The translations under genes and the position numbers were made by a program. 41,935 nt of DNA, taken from assembly GCA_043803685.1 (NCBI GenBank), contig JAZDJU010000075.1:1-41935 (forward strand), written 5' to 3'. Below, one piece after another: positions 41,802 to 41,935 of the stretch (positions are counted from its first letter, which is position 1; every line of letters begins with the position of its first letter). This DNA comes from Candidatus Omnitrophota bacterium. GTDB lineage: Bacteria > Omnitrophota > Omnitrophia > Omnitrophales > Aquincolibacteriaceae. The notes beneath the pieces are model-generated. The model was not told the DNA's origin. It saw only the letters and a program-made list of their open reading frames with translations, and made no database searches.

Positions 41802-41935
41802 GTTGATCGGCGTTGGATCCCAATTGACGCCGTCCTGGGCGTAATAAATGTTCACCTCATCAACACCCGTCCCCTGCGTCTGCGTCCACTTGATCAGGTT
41901 ATTGTAAGTCGTCCCGACCGAGAACTGCTGGTCCA
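41802..41935 (-). CDS. Upstream, frameshifted continuation of the giant protein gene
   Basis: Reads DQQFSVGTTYNNLIKWTQTQGTGVDEVNIYYAQDGVNWDPTPIN, nearly identical to the in-frame internal copy at ~37190-37323; separated from the main ORF by a G8 tract. Confidence 0.85.

Noticed and set aside
24347..41806. Long plus-strand ORFs opposite the giant gene (e.g. 36458-37981, 33224-34636, 28748-30046)
   Set aside because: Arg/His-rich with no motifs; these are antisense shadows of a codon-biased real gene.
41625..41855. 76-aa Cys-rich ORF as an independent gene
   Set aside because: It is the upstream frame of the giant gene read through the G8 frameshift.

Overview
Window from a diderm bacterium. 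The combination of giant ORF, T2SS and atypical F1 genes suggests Candidatus Omnitrophota (inference only). Almost all genes are on the minus strand. From right to left: (1) the 3' 17.7 kb of a giant protein gene (>5,880 aa, running off the window) built from ~120-aa beta-rich Ig-like modules in a ~4.6 kb super-repeat, ending in coiled coils, one TM helix and a short tail, with a +1 frameshift in a G8 tract at 41794-41801; (2) a tightly coupled F-type ATPase-like cassette atpC-atpE-atpF(b/delta)-atpA-atpG-atpD with no subunit a, a c subunit lacking the ion-binding carboxylate and a truncated epsilon; (3) a T2SS/type IV filament cluster (GspE-PilZ fusion, GspF, HExxH peptidase, GspG/I/J/K, PilMN fusion, PilO-like), then, after a TPR gene, a small secreted protein and an orphan PAS histidine kinase, a MerR-HTH/ExeA/GspC-like/secretin/TPR block; (4) tatD and a partial tcdA. 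Three related CTAG-bounded ~80-100 bp palindromic elements sit at gene ends and supply stop codons. The best candidate for an undescribed system is an ion-uncoupled F1/c-ring ATP-driven motor linked to a giant membrane-anchored surface protein and a secretin-based apparatus.
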